A stretch of 57,384 nucleotides of DNA from an uncultured virus (IMG/VR IMGVR_UViG_3300033233_000011). Taxonomy: Duplodnaviria; Heunggongvirae; Uroviricota; Caudoviricetes. The notes beneath the pieces were generated by a model, which did not search any database, was not told where the DNA came from, and was given only the letters and a program-made list of their open reading frames with translations. Position numbers and translations under genes: made by a program. Numbering within the stretch: position 1 is the stretch's first letter; each line of letters opens with the position of its first letter. The stretch lies in the IMG/VR virus record IMGVR_UViG_3300033233_000011. One strand, 5' to 3'. Below are positions 18,138 through 27,658 of the stretch, piece by piece.

Positions 18138-18290
18138 TCAGGCTCCCTTCCCGTTGCTCTTCCAGGCGAGCGGTTCGGAGTGGTACATCTTCGCCAGGGC
18201 CTGCGAGAGCACGGCGGTGAGGCTGACGTTAAGCACTTTGCAGAGCGCGTGCAACTGCTCGGCGGACTCCACGGGCAGCCGGATCGTCAT
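18138..18290 (-). CDS. Ribbon-helix-helix (CopG-like) DNA-binding protein
   Basis: MTIRLPVESAEQLHALCKVLNVSLTAVLSQAL. Confidence 0.55.
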   Translation of the reverse strand: MTIRLPVESAEQLHALCKVLNVSLTAVLSQALAKMYHSEPLAWKSNGKGA

Positions 18291-18340
18291 CTTGACGCCG
18301 CGGCGGCGCCCGCCGGGATTGATGGAGGAAGCGGCAGGGC

Positions 18341-18886
18341 TCAGGGGGAAGTCCCCGCCTGCGCACCGTTCTTCCTCGCGGCCTCGTCCGTCTCGTCCTT
18401 TTCCTCTTTTGCCATCTCGAAGATCTGGTCCGTGATCTTCCGGAACGCGCTCACCGGCTCCCACAGCTCCTCGGCGACCGAGACGGCGTGGGCGTAGACC
18501 CAGACGCAGCGGACCTCGCCACCGGCGATGGCGCGGCCGAGGGACTCCTGGTCGATCTCCTCGCGCTTGAGCAGGCGCTGCATGGCCGAGACGAAGCGCT
18601 TGGTCACGCACCAGATCTCGTAGTGCGCTGGGACCACCTCGTTGTCCCCGGCGAAGATCTGCTCGTAGATCGTCTCCCCGTCCTCGTCCTTCATGACCTT
18701 GCCGTCTTCGCCCCGCTGCGCGCGGCCGTCGATCGAGATGGCGTCCGTCGCCTGCGGCCGGAACCACATCGGCCCGACGGTGAGCTGGTCGTCTGGGTCC
18801 TGGACCTTCGGCGCGAGCGGCCAGGGCTTGTCGACCTCGTAGGTGAGGTTGCCCTTCGTGACGATGCGGTCCATCCGAAACGGCAT
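18341..18886 (-). CDS. Hypothetical protein
   Basis: ATG 18886 after GGGAG. Confidence 0.7.
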   Translation of the reverse strand: MPFRMDRIVTKGNLTYEVDKPWPLAPKVQDPDDQLTVGPMWFRPQATDAISIDGRAQRGEDGKVMKDEDGETIYEQIFAGDNEVVPAHYEIWCVTKRFVSAMQRLLKREEIDQESLGRAIAGGEVRCVWVYAHAVSVAEELWEPVSAFRKITDQIFEMAKEEKDETDEAARKNGAQAGTSP

Positions 18887-18990
18887 TGAGGCTCCCTTGT
18901 GAAGGAGGCGCGGGCGGCCCGGGATGGGGGTGGAGGGGCGCTCCGGAGGAAGCGCGTTTTCGACCGGACCGCCCGGCCTCACGAAGCGCG

Positions 18991-19019
18991 AAGGTAGATC
19001 GCCGGCAGGAGTACGTCAA
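18991..19019 (-). promoter_or_regulatory. Candidate sigma70 promoter
   Basis: TTGACG-N17-TACCTT in an intergenic gap. Confidence 0.55.
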
Positions 19020-19062
19020 GAGGACGTACGGAGGACGGCGGTCTTACTGGGACCCGCTGCGG

Positions 19063-19539
19063 TCAGGGCACGTATGCAACGCGCTGCATCGACATGGGTT
19101 GGTGGCTGCTAGAACTGTGGACGCGAGCGTGTTGCTCTTGATCAACCACGGGGCCGCAAACGCTGGTGAAGTGCCGCGCCTTCGTTGACTGGTTCCAGGT
19201 GATGATCTCGACGCTGAGTTGCCCGCCACTCTTCGGTACGAGGTAGCCCATTTTGACCATCCAGCAGAGCTGCGCCGAAATATCGAGCGCTCGCTCCATC
19301 GACAGAGAGCTGTTCCCATCGGCAAACTGCATCAAAATGTACGTCCGCATTTCCGATCCGTGAGGGACGTTCGTCTCGAACGTGAGGACGTTCCAGTCTG
19401 TACCGGGCACATCTTTCGGTAGCCGCTTGGATGGCGCCGCCACGACCGTCCGCGCGATGGCCGTTGCACCGAGTTCGCCCGGCTCCCGCTCCCGCAGGAA
19501 GTGGACCGGGATCAGGATGTCACCGAGGGGATCGCGCAT
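19063..19539 (-). CDS. Hypothetical protein, lower GC
   Basis: ATG 19539 after GGAGG. Confidence 0.5.
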   Translation of the reverse strand: MRDPLGDILIPVHFLREREPGELGATAIARTVVAAPSKRLPKDVPGTDWNVLTFETNVPHGSEMRTYILMQFADGNSSLSMERALDISAQLCWMVKMGYLVPKSGGQLSVEIITWNQSTKARHFTSVCGPVVDQEQHARVHSSSSHQPMSMQRVAYVP

Positions 19540-19628
19540 CGGGTAGCCTCCGCAGGGGAGCGTACGCGACCTGTTTTTTTTCAAGCCCCTTGGAGCCACC
19601 AAGCTGCGCCCGCACAACTGGCGGCTCT

Positions 19629-19919
19629 TCAGTCCTGCGCCTGCTTCGCCAACCAGATCGCCCGCTTCAGGTCCACCGGCCGCGCCTCCCGAAGCACGCG
19701 CACGACGGCCTCGGCGCACCCGAGGCAGGTCTTCTCGTCGTCGCTCGGGTCGGGGACGGTGGGGTCCACGAGCTTGCTCTTCTTGCCACACACGGTCACG
19801 GAACCGTTCGGGCGGATGGCGTGGAAGTACCCGGTCGACTCGTGGAGCTTCCAGACGACCTCGAAGCTGTTGCGGCCGATCTTGACGAAGAACTTCTTCG
19901 GGGGCGGGAGGCCCTTCAC
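19629..19919 (-). CDS. Hypothetical protein (His/Cys motif)
   Basis: FHA...VCG...CLGC; overlapping start/stop. Confidence 0.6.
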   Translation of the reverse strand: MKGLPPPKKFFVKIGRNSFEVVWKLHESTGYFHAIRPNGSVTVCGKKSKLVDPTVPDPSDDEKTCLGCAEAVVRVLREARPVDLKRAIWLAKQAQD

Positions 19920-20113
19920 CTGACGACCTCGTGCACGTTCCTGCTCCTGATCCGCCCCGCCGCGCGCAGGCGCACGAGCGCGTTGTGCACGCGCGTGCCG
20001 GCGACGCCGACGCCGACCTCCTCGACCTCCGCGAGCAGCGCGACGATCTTCTCCTGGTCGAGCTTCTTCAGGATCGCCTCGAAGACGAACTCGTCGTCGG
20101 AGTCGGCGGTCAC
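19916..20113 (-). CDS. Small hypothetical protein, possible wHTH
   Basis: GTG 20113 overlaps the upstream stop; VHNALVRLRAAGRI. Confidence 0.5.
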   Translation of the reverse strand: MTADSDDEFVFEAILKKLDQEKIVALLAEVEEVGVGVAGTRVHNALVRLRAAGRIRSRNVHEVVR

Positions 20114-20457
20114 GGGCACCCCGCGACCCCGAGCGCGCACGCCCGGTCGTCCAGCTCCGCGGGCGTCGCGTCCTCGTACTCCTCGAACGTGAGCCCGAGC
20201 GTCTTCGCGTTCTTCCTGTCCTCCTCGATGCCGAGCATCATCTCGATGACGCACTCGCGCGGCGTCTCCGGCACCACGAACTTCGGCGCCCACTCCTGGC
20301 AGAACTCGACGACGCCGGAGCACCCGACCTCGACCGCGCACTGGAGCGCCGCCTGCTCGGAGACGCCGTCGATCCACGACGATTCACGGAGCGGCCGCGC
20401 GGAGGCGACGACGGCCGCGAGCATGAGGGCGGCGAGGACGCGAGGAAGTAGTTTCAC
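20110..20457 (-). CDS. Secreted Cys-containing hypothetical protein
   Basis: Signal-like MKLLPRVLAALMLAAVVASA. Confidence 0.6.
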   Translation of the reverse strand: MKLLPRVLAALMLAAVVASARPLRESSWIDGVSEQAALQCAVEVGCSGVVEFCQEWAPKFVVPETPRECVIEMMLGIEEDRKNAKTLGLTFEEYEDATPAELDDRACALGVAGCP

Positions 20458-21464
20458 GGCCGCACCGGCTGTGGCGTGTCGCCCACGGCGCTACAAAGCA
20501 GCGTGAACGGATTCTCTCCCCTGAAGCCAGGAAGCTCGAACCCCGCCGCCCTCGTGTGCCCGCCGCCCCCGTGGGCTTTCGCCAAGGCCGCGCAGTCGTA
20601 CCGCTCGCTCGACCGCGCCGAGACGCGCAGGACCTGATCCTCGCCTCTTGCTTCGTACCGGAACGCGAGGATCAGGTCGACGCGCTGGTTTTCCCGGAGC
20701 CAGTCAGACACGTCGGACGCAAGCTCGTAGCCGACGTTGACGATGGCGAGCGCGATGCGGGCGACGTCGGTCTTGTTGTGCTCGTTCTTTCGCGTCACCG
20801 AGACCGGACCGATCCAGGCGTCGCGGGCGGTCTTCTCGACGTCGCGCTCGCGCTTCAGGAGCAGGGCTTCGCCGACTTTCAGCTCCTCGGACGTGAGCCA
20901 CGGGCGGCCGAGCGCCTTCCAGTGCTCCCAGTCGTGGAGCGTGAGCGCGTGGTACGCGACGAGCGCCTCGCGCCAGCGCGGGCTCGACTTCTGCCAGGTG
21001 TCGCGGATCCCGGCAAGCGTGGCGAAGTCTCGCACCCGATGCTCATCTTGATGATGCACCTTGCCGATGCTGATGCTCCCGGTCGCGATCGGAGGATTCA
21101 CCCTCGCCCACACCTCCCGGTACGCGAGCAGCGCCCCCGAGACGCCGGGGTCCCGCACCTCGTCCGCGAACACGCCTCTCTCCCCGAACAGCTTCACCAG
21201 ATCCTCGGCGCCTTTGTGATGATCCAACACGATCGCTCCCGCGTCGACGAACTCCTGTACGCGCGCCTCGGGCGGGACGATGTCGCAGAAGAGCATGCCG
21301 GGGGTGGGTTGGAGATCGAGCAGGCTCGACTTTCCGTGCTGGGCGAAGATCACCTCGGCGTCAGGCAGGGCGTCGTGAAGAATTGCGGCAGATGCCGCGC
21401 CATCAGCGCACGACTCGTGGGTGACGATTTTCTTGACCTGCTTCAGCAACTCGATCGGGATCAC
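20454..21464 (-). CDS. DHH/DHHA1-family phosphoesterase (NrnB-like)
   Basis: HESCADG, FCD, LDHH, VSARS, GGGGHTRAAGF. Confidence 0.9.
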   Translation of the reverse strand: MIPIELLKQVKKIVTHESCADGAASAAILHDALPDAEVIFAQHGKSSLLDLQPTPGMLFCDIVPPEARVQEFVDAGAIVLDHHKGAEDLVKLFGERGVFADEVRDPGVSGALLAYREVWARVNPPIATGSISIGKVHHQDEHRVRDFATLAGIRDTWQKSSPRWREALVAYHALTLHDWEHWKALGRPWLTSEELKVGEALLLKRERDVEKTARDAWIGPVSVTRKNEHNKTDVARIALAIVNVGYELASDVSDWLRENQRVDLILAFRYEARGEDQVLRVSARSSERYDCAALAKAHGGGGHTRAAGFELPGFRGENPFTLLCSAVGDTPQPVRP

Positions 21465-22228
21465 TTAGACGCTCCTTCGCTGAACAACTCCCACGTACGA
21501 GGGAAGCACGAGGCGACCATCTGCCCGACCGCGTTCGCGAACTGCCGGATCTCGGACTGTGCTGTAGGAGCCATGCGCAGCGTCAGGAACGCGAGCCAAC
21601 CGCGCAGGTTTCCGGTCGCGCGCATCCGCGAATAGCGGCCAACCGGAACCGGCAACCGAGCCAGTTCCTTCGGTACGCCGCGCCGCAGACCGCTCTGGTA
21701 CACGCGCTCGGCGCGCTCGTACACGTCGGTCAACTCCGCGAGCCACTCGGCTGTGGCCTGCTCGGTGAGCACCTCGGAACCCTTCATGGTGCCGGCTTGC
21801 CTGTTCGTCGTGCTCGCGACCATGCAGCGCTCGACGCTCGGGATGTAGTTCACGTCCGGCAGCGGCGTGTACCTGGCGCTCAACTCAGAATAACCAAATG
21901 GCACCCTGTGCCTGTGCCACTCCCGGAAAACCATGATCGGCGCCTGCACCTCAACGGTCAGGCCTGCCATCTCGAACGGTGTGCTGTGCCGATTTTCCCA
22001 GAGGTAGCGCAGCAGCTTCTCGTCGCCGGACACTGTCTTGCTGCCGCCGCAACCGATGTTCGGGCACTCGACCCCGTCACTTCCAGAAGATCCGCACCTG
22101 TCGCACTTAGGCCCCCACCCGAGGAAGCCCTTGTCGGTGGACATTCTTGCCGCCTCGATAATGGCGCGGTCCGAGCCCCAGGACTCGATCAGTTCGCAGT
22201 AGCCGTGATCTAGCAGATCGATCCTCAC
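21461..22228 (-). CDS. thyX: FAD-dependent thymidylate synthase
   Basis: HSTPFE, REWHRHR...SELSARY, ELARLPVP, NLR, AQSEIR; carries a CxxC...CxxxxC insertion. Confidence 0.92.
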   Translation of the reverse strand: MRIDLLDHGYCELIESWGSDRAIIEAARMSTDKGFLGWGPKCDRCGSSGSDGVECPNIGCGGSKTVSGDEKLLRYLWENRHSTPFEMAGLTVEVQAPIMVFREWHRHRVPFGYSELSARYTPLPDVNYIPSVERCMVASTTNRQAGTMKGSEVLTEQATAEWLAELTDVYERAERVYQSGLRRGVPKELARLPVPVGRYSRMRATGNLRGWLAFLTLRMAPTAQSEIRQFANAVGQMVASCFPRTWELFSEGASK

Positions 22229-22533
22229 TTACCCTCCAGGTTCTTGATCGTGCGCTCCAGGTACCATTTCGACTTCAGAAGATCCTGAAGCTCAGATCCC
22301 TTGTGCCCCGACCGAGCGATGTACTTCACGCAGTTCCCCAAACAAAAACCGAGCCCCCACGCCTCGATCGCGTCGATGGGCTCGATCTTGCTGAAGGTGT
22401 AGTGCGGCGGAGCACTCACCGGGTCAGCGATCCGACCGGAGTGCGGCCCCTCGTGCCCCTTCGGCAGCTTGCACCGCATGGTCCCGAGCTTGTACGGGGC
22501 GCGGCCGTTGCAGCGGTCGCTCACGGCCGCCAC
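22225..22533 (-). CDS. DUF3310-like phage protein
   Basis: PPHY...IEPIDAIEAWGLGFCLGNCVKYIARSGHKG..QDLLKSKWYL. Confidence 0.85.
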   Translation of the reverse strand: MAAVSDRCNGRAPYKLGTMRCKLPKGHEGPHSGRIADPVSAPPHYTFSKIEPIDAIEAWGLGFCLGNCVKYIARSGHKGSELQDLLKSKWYLERTIKNLEGK

Positions 22534-23102
22534 CCCTGCCGCCGAAGCTCCGCGGCCACGTCGAACGGCTCCCAGCCCGGCGGCTTCTGCACCTTGCCGT
22601 CCTCACGCTTGCTCGCCCCAGGACCGAACTTCTGACAATTTGCCCCGTGCACGCCGCGGAAGACCGCGTTCAGGTCGACGCCGAACTCCAGCGCCGCGCC
22701 TTCGATCACGTAGTCGAGGTCGGCGAGCGCGTCCGCCGCTTCCGGAAGATTGACGCCGATCGGTTCGTCTTCGATCGCGACGAGGATTCGACCGATGGCG
22801 TCGTCCCACTCTGAAGCCAGGTGCCCGTTCTTGAAGCACGCCGTGAGCAGCTCCGAGAACTCCTCGGTGATGAGCCGCAGGCGCAGTCGGACCCGCGCAT
22901 CTTCTGGCACCTGCGGCACATCCAGCACCGGCACGTCCCCGAGCCGGTGGAACTGCATGACCATCACGCGGCGGTCGACCGCGCGCTTCTCCTCGACCAG
23001 GCGCGTGTTCGACTCCTGCAGGTCGTCCACCTGCTTCTTCAGCCGCGCGCTCTCGCCCACGATCAAGGCGAGGTCAGCGGTGTCCACGGGCATGTGGCTC
23101 AT
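22521..23102 (-). CDS. MazG-like/PRA-PH-type NTP pyrophosphohydrolase
   Basis: LRLRLITEEFSEL, EAADALADLDYV, VHGAN, REDGKVQKPPGW. Confidence 0.85.
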   Translation of the reverse strand: MSHMPVDTADLALIVGESARLKKQVDDLQESNTRLVEEKRAVDRRVMVMQFHRLGDVPVLDVPQVPEDARVRLRLRLITEEFSELLTACFKNGHLASEWDDAIGRILVAIEDEPIGVNLPEAADALADLDYVIEGAALEFGVDLNAVFRGVHGANCQKFGPGASKREDGKVQKPPGWEPFDVAAELRRQGWRP

Positions 23103-23389
23103 TCCTGCCCCCTGCCGAGCAATTCCATAGCGTCAGCGGTGCGTCGCAACCCCACGACGAGGGCCCGCTGAGCGTCCACCATCCCCCGCGTGGAGGAGAG
23201 CATGTCCTCGGTGCCTTCCGGTAGATCCTCCCCGGCGTCCTTCACCATGCGCTTCAGTGAATCGATCTGCTTGTCCCCGAGGACCAGCATCCGCTCGCTC
23301 GCTGACGCCGCCTCGCGCAAGCCGGCCGCGGCGTCCAGGAACACGCCCATCTGATCCTTGGTCACGATCCGCCCCTGCACCGCGCGCAC
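23099..23389 (-). CDS. Hypothetical helical protein
   Basis: Operon context. Confidence 0.55.
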   Translation of the reverse strand: MRAVQGRIVTKDQMGVFLDAAAGLREAASASERMLVLGDKQIDSLKRMVKDAGEDLPEGTEDMLSSTRGMVDAQRALVVGLRRTADAMELLGRGQE

Positions 23390-23601
23390 TTCTCAAGAGC
23401 ATCGGCCGCGCGGACGAGGCCGGAGACGATCCCGCCCTGGGCCTCGACGCCCTCCTGGAACGCGGCGGGCACGTCCATGCCGTTGCTCGTGAACACGGAC
23501 ACCTGCTCGCCGGAGAGCGCCCGCAGCCGCTCGCACGCCGCGGCCGCGCCCCGCAGGGCATCCGCCGCGAGCAACATGGCCGCCGACTCGTCGGCGGTCA
23601 C
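23362..23601 (-). CDS. Hypothetical helical protein, weakly similar to its neighbour
   Basis: Shares A..LR.AA.A.ER...L...Q and GL.R.ADA.E patterns with 23099-23389. Confidence 0.55.
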   Translation of the reverse strand: MTADESAAMLLAADALRGAAAACERLRALSGEQVSVFTSNGMDVPAAFQEGVEAQGGIVSGLVRAADALEKCARCRGGS

Positions 23602-23816
23602 GGCTGCCCGAGCAGCTTGTCGGCGGCGGCGAAGGTGATGTCCTTGGCCGCGCTGATCTTCTCCGCGGCCGCGTCCGCGGCCTCGTGCAGGCGCTCGGTT
23701 GCCTCCTGATATCTTTTTTCAGCCGCGTCGGCCGCCTTCGAGGCGGCGTCGCGGGCGGCCTTGAGCTTCGCGAGGCGCTGGCGCTGGGACTTGATGAACT
23801 GGTCGATGTCTTTCAC
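23598..23816 (-). CDS. Small coiled-coil protein
   Basis: GTG 23816 overlaps the upstream stop; Ala/Lys-rich. Confidence 0.55.
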   Translation of the reverse strand: MKDIDQFIKSQRQRLAKLKAARDAASKAADAAEKRYQEATERLHEAADAAAEKISAAKDITFAAADKLLGQP

Positions 23817-25531
23817 CCGAACAACTCCTCGCTGGCCCGGAGTTCCTTCCGGCCCTCGATCAGCTCCAGTGAACGCAGCTTGGAACAATAAGTCGAGTAC
23901 GATCCCGACGCCGCCGAAAGGTTCGCCGCCTCGCCGACCTCTTCGTGCGTGAGCGCCTTCGGGTACGCCTCGGCGACCGCGCGCAGGATCCGGGAAGCGC
24001 CCGACTCGCCCAGCTCGCGCAGCCAGTGTTCGAGCAGGTCGCGGCCGGTCGGCAGCGGGTCGTACGAGCCGAGCGCGGCGAGACCGGCCTCCGTGATCAC
24101 GATCCTGTCCGAGTGCCCCGTGATCCACGCCGACGAGCGGGCCTTGCCCACGTACGTCGAGAAACTACCCGACTTCGACGACAGGCCGGCGCGCACGCCG
24201 ATCTGCCGGTGGGTCAGGCCGTCCGGGCGCTGCGCGAGCGCGACGAGAATCCGGCGCAGGCCGCCGCGACCGACCTCGGGGTCGGCGGAGCCGGCGCCGT
24301 TCGAACGAGACGCAGCAGCGCGTGCGGGCGCAGCTTGGGAAGCTGCGCCCGCACGCGCTGGCGTGCTCAGGCGCGACACGCCGCGCTCGCCCATCGCCTG
24401 CGCGGACCGCAGGCGCTTCTCCATCGCGGCGTTGTTGGCCCGGGCGCGCTGGTGAGCGACCGTGAGCACACCGATGAGTTCCCCCAGGTTCGAGAGATCG
24501 GCCCCGGCTTCTCGTAGGCCCTCGCGGTCCACGATCGGGACCTCGACGATCTTCTGCTCGACCTCGGCAGCGGGCTTCTTCTGGAGTTCCGCCTTCAGGC
24601 GCGCGACCTCGGCGCGCAGGAGCTTCGGGTCCTCGGCCTTGGCGCGCTCGCGCGTCGCGGCCATCTCCTTCTCGATGGCGCCGAGGTCGACGTCAGCGAG
24701 CGTCGCCGTGCGCTTGCCGGCGCCGGCCACCGGCGTCGCGCCCGAGTCGAACGTGTGCGACAGGCGAAATCGGAAACGCTTCGTCAGGTGCAGGAAGTTC
24801 GGCGACCAGACCCACGCCTCCCCGTCGGCAAGACCCGGCAGGCTCGCCAGGATCTCGTCGCTCTGCGCGTGGTACTTGAGCCAGCCCTCGATCGCCTTGC
24901 GGTCCTGCGGCCCCGTCGTCCGCAGCGCGATCAGGGTCTGCACCTGCGTCAGCACCGACTTGTTGATCGCGGCCGATCGCTGCGTGATCAACGTGACGCC
25001 GATCCCGCGACCGCGCCCCCGCCGAACCAAGTTCTCCCACGCGCGCAGGAGTTGACCGTCGATGCCCTTGAAGCTCCCGGACTGCGGGATGTAGTCGTCG
25101 GCCTCCTCGCAAAACACGTGCAGCGGCTGCTCGTTGCGGGCGTACAGCCGACGCGCGAAGTCGTGCAGAAACTGCTTGCGCGCCGCCTCGCTGTCGAAGT
25201 CGCTCACGTCGATCACGCACGACAGGCGCTTGTCAACCACGAGGTCGGCCAGAAGAGAGCCTGCCGTTCGTTCGAGCGGCATGTCGCCGAGTCGGCCGCC
25301 GAAGATCGGGATCGGCAGCCCCGGTCCCTTGCCGTCGCGACTCGACCGCAAGCCACTCCACGACCCGACCGGATCGACCACCACGAACGGCAACCCCGCG
25401 GCGAACATCTCCTCGGCGAGCGCGCGGGCGGCGTTGGTCTTGCCAGCGCCGCGCACTGCGAGCAAACCGAAGGTCTCGGTCACAGCACTCGCCGGCAGAG
25501 AGAGGTCGTCGGAGACGACGAGCTTCTTCAC
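23813..25531 (-). CDS. HerA/FtsK-superfamily ATPase with C-terminal winged-helix domains
   Basis: AVRGAGKT Walker A, VVVDPVG, FCEEAD Walker B, RRGRGRGIGVTLITQR; two wHTH-like repeats. Confidence 0.85.
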   Translation of the reverse strand: MKKLVVSDDLSLPASAVTETFGLLAVRGAGKTNAARALAEEMFAAGLPFVVVDPVGSWSGLRSSRDGKGPGLPIPIFGGRLGDMPLERTAGSLLADLVVDKRLSCVIDVSDFDSEAARKQFLHDFARRLYARNEQPLHVFCEEADDYIPQSGSFKGIDGQLLRAWENLVRRGRGRGIGVTLITQRSAAINKSVLTQVQTLIALRTTGPQDRKAIEGWLKYHAQSDEILASLPGLADGEAWVWSPNFLHLTKRFRFRLSHTFDSGATPVAGAGKRTATLADVDLGAIEKEMAATRERAKAEDPKLLRAEVARLKAELQKKPAAEVEQKIVEVPIVDREGLREAGADLSNLGELIGVLTVAHQRARANNAAMEKRLRSAQAMGERGVSRLSTPARAGAASQAAPARAAASRSNGAGSADPEVGRGGLRRILVALAQRPDGLTHRQIGVRAGLSSKSGSFSTYVGKARSSAWITGHSDRIVITEAGLAALGSYDPLPTGRDLLEHWLRELGESGASRILRAVAEAYPKALTHEEVGEAANLSAASGSYSTYCSKLRSLELIEGRKELRASEELFG

Positions 25532-25938
25532 AGAGGCTCCGGCTCGACGTCCGGGTCTTCCGGCAGGTGCTTGACGACCGCGTGCTCGTCGCAGCGCGCG
25601 ACGGTCCAGCGAGCGCAGCATTCCTCGCGGTCGCAGTGCATGTAGGCGCAGTCGACGCGGGATTCGCACTCCCGTTCGAGCGCGACGATACGGGAGGCCG
25701 CTTCCGTGTTCGCGGCCAGGGCAGCATCGCGCTCCTGCTCAGCCTTCTGGCGGTAGCCGCGCGTCTCGTCGTGATCGCGCTGCTCGACCACGAGCCGGTC
25801 GGCGTGCTGGGCGACGGCCTCGCGGAGCGCCGCGCACTCGCCCACGAGCGCGCGGACGTGGCGCGAACCGTAAAGAGTGTTGCCGGTCCCTGCCAACCAT
25901 TCCTGGGCTTCCAGCACGACGTCGGGCGAGCGGGTCAC
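25528..25938 (-). CDS. Hypothetical coiled-coil protein with Cys-rich tail
   Basis: GTG overlap; operon context. Confidence 0.55.
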   Translation of the reverse strand: MTRSPDVVLEAQEWLAGTGNTLYGSRHVRALVGECAALREAVAQHADRLVVEQRDHDETRGYRQKAEQERDAALAANTEAASRIVALERECESRVDCAYMHCDREECCARWTVARCDEHAVVKHLPEDPDVEPEPL

Positions 25939-26108
25939 GCCTCCGCCTCTCGGCACGCGCAATCGAACAGCGCGCTGCCCACGCTGAGCGTGTCTCTCAA
26001 CATCGCGATCAGCGCCTCGTCTTCGGCGCGGTCGATCTCCGCCTTCAAGATGGCCCTGACAGCGACGAACGTGGCAAGCAGCAACTCGTCCCTGGTCTGC
26101 TCGCTCAC
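25935..26108 (-). CDS. Small hypothetical protein
   Basis: GTG 26108 overlaps the upstream stop. Confidence 0.45.
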   Translation of the reverse strand: MSEQTRDELLLATFVAVRAILKAEIDRAEDEALIAMLRDTLSVGSALFDCACREAEA

Positions 26109-26728
26109 GGCGACTCCTCGTCCGGCACGATCGCCATGACCGCGAACAGCATGTCCCCCTCGACGTGGACGGTGTCGCTGTCGAACGACCAGTCCCGCCG
26201 CTCGGCGATCGTGGTCAGGAACGTGACCCGGACTCGCATCTCGCGGCCGGTCGCCTCGTTCTTCTCCTTCTCCCACTCCACGAGCCGCAGGAAGTCGCCG
26301 ACCAGGAAGCGCCTGGTGCCGTCGAGCTTCCTGATCTCGAACGTCTTCTTCCCGCCCTGCACCGCCTCGAAGAACCTGGGCCAGGTCTTCAGCCGGTGCT
26401 CGTCGCCGTACAGCTTCCGAACCCCCGAGCCCTTGACCGAGGCGGAGCCGTTGTCGTTCGGCCCGAGGATGCGCAGGCTCCGGACCAGATCGCGGTGCTT
26501 GTCGTCCGAGCACCGCTCGACGAGCGTCACGTCCGCGAGCTTCGCGCAGCCGTCGGGCCAGCCGACCCAGGAGATTTCGCCGCGCTCGTAGTCGGCCCAC
26601 GCGACCTGCCACGTCTCGCCGGAGGGGCCGTGCTTGACGGAGTCGCCGGTGCGGATCGGGGGACCGGCGACCGTCGCGTACGTAGTGTCGAGCGCAACCC
26701 CCAGCAGTACCTCTTCGCGGTCCGACAT
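26105..26728 (-). CDS. ASCH/PUA-like (DUF3850-type) domain protein
   Basis: HRLKTWPRFFEAVQGGKKTFEIRK...FLVGDFLRLVEW. Confidence 0.8.
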   Translation of the reverse strand: MSDREEVLLGVALDTTYATVAGPPIRTGDSVKHGPSGETWQVAWADYERGEISWVGWPDGCAKLADVTLVERCSDDKHRDLVRSLRILGPNDNGSASVKGSGVRKLYGDEHRLKTWPRFFEAVQGGKKTFEIRKLDGTRRFLVGDFLRLVEWEKEKNEATGREMRVRVTFLTTIAERRDWSFDSDTVHVEGDMLFAVMAIVPDEESP

Positions 26729-27276
26729 CACGCCACCTTCCGCAGCTTCTTCCACCGCCGCCGCGCCACGCAGCGACGACCGTACCGATCGATCTGCTCC
26801 TTGATCCACTTCCAGCACGGCTTGCAGAGCATCATGCCGCGCGGGCCCGGCTCGACGTAGTGCTCCCATTCCTTGTCGCTCACCCTGAACATCACCGGCC
26901 ACGGCTGCCCGCACTTGCCGCAGAGGTTCGGGTACTGGATCCACGGGACGCGGCCCTTCTTCGCGAGGACGCGCTCCCACTCGGCGCGCTGCTTCGGCGG
27001 CAGGCCGTGCTTGTAGACCTTCTCCGGCAGCCCGTGAAACTTCGTAACGAACTTCACCGTGCCAGGGCGATCTACGTCGTCTACACCATCGCGATCGAAC
27101 GTCGGGTAGAAATGCTTGAGCGAGCAGCCGCACGTGATGAGCTGGTTGCCGCAGAACGGGCAGCGCTCCATGTCGCAGCCGCGCACGTGCAGCTCACCTT
27201 CGAGCGCCGCGCAGTCGTGGCACGAGTGGCGCTCGTGCGGATCCCAGTCTCTCCAGTCGCCGGCCTTCGCCATCAC
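26728..27276 (-). CDS. Cys/His-rich zinc-binding hypothetical protein
   Basis: CHDC...H..GCDMERCPFCGNQLITCGC; CGKC; CKPC. Confidence 0.7.
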   Translation of the reverse strand: MMAKAGDWRDWDPHERHSCHDCAALEGELHVRGCDMERCPFCGNQLITCGCSLKHFYPTFDRDGVDDVDRPGTVKFVTKFHGLPEKVYKHGLPPKQRAEWERVLAKKGRVPWIQYPNLCGKCGQPWPVMFRVSDKEWEHYVEPGPRGMMLCKPCWKWIKEQIDRYGRRCVARRRWKKLRKVA

Positions 27277-27428
27277 GCCCTCCCTAGCCTCTCACGCTCG
27301 CGCTTCGCCCCGACGCCCGCGCCGAGCTTCTGGTCGAGCCGAGCGACCTGCTCCGCGGGCGAGCGCCTCGCGCGCTCCTCGGCGCGCTTCTCCGCCCTGT
27401 GGCGGTTCCTGGTGTTCGAGCACCTCAT
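27273..27428 (-). CDS. Small basic protein
   Basis: ATG overlap; RSPAEQVARLDQKLGAGVGAKRERERL. Confidence 0.5.
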   Translation of the reverse strand: MRCSNTRNRHRAEKRAEERARRSPAEQVARLDQKLGAGVGAKRERERLGRA

Positions 27429-27658
27429 GCCGGCACCTTCCCGGTCCCGCGGCACTGCGGGCACGCCTTCGTGTCTGTGAGCGACCAGCCGAAGCCCGAC
27501 TTCGAGTTGAAGCTGATGGTCTTCTGTCGCCGGAGACGCTGGAGCGCCTGATCGAGCTGCTTGTCGTAAGCGACGTGGTCGAGCCCGAACGAGACCCGCA
27601 GTTCGCGGTTGCTCTGCGGGCCGCGCTTCAGGACGGCAATGATCTCGTCGTCGGTCAT
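27425..27658 (-). CDS. Small wHTH-like protein with CxxCxGxG
   Basis: IIAVLKRGP...LDQALQRLRRQKTI...CPQCRGTG. Confidence 0.55.
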   Translation of the reverse strand: MTDDEIIAVLKRGPQSNRELRVSFGLDHVAYDKQLDQALQRLRRQKTISFNSKSGFGWSLTDTKACPQCRGTGKVPA

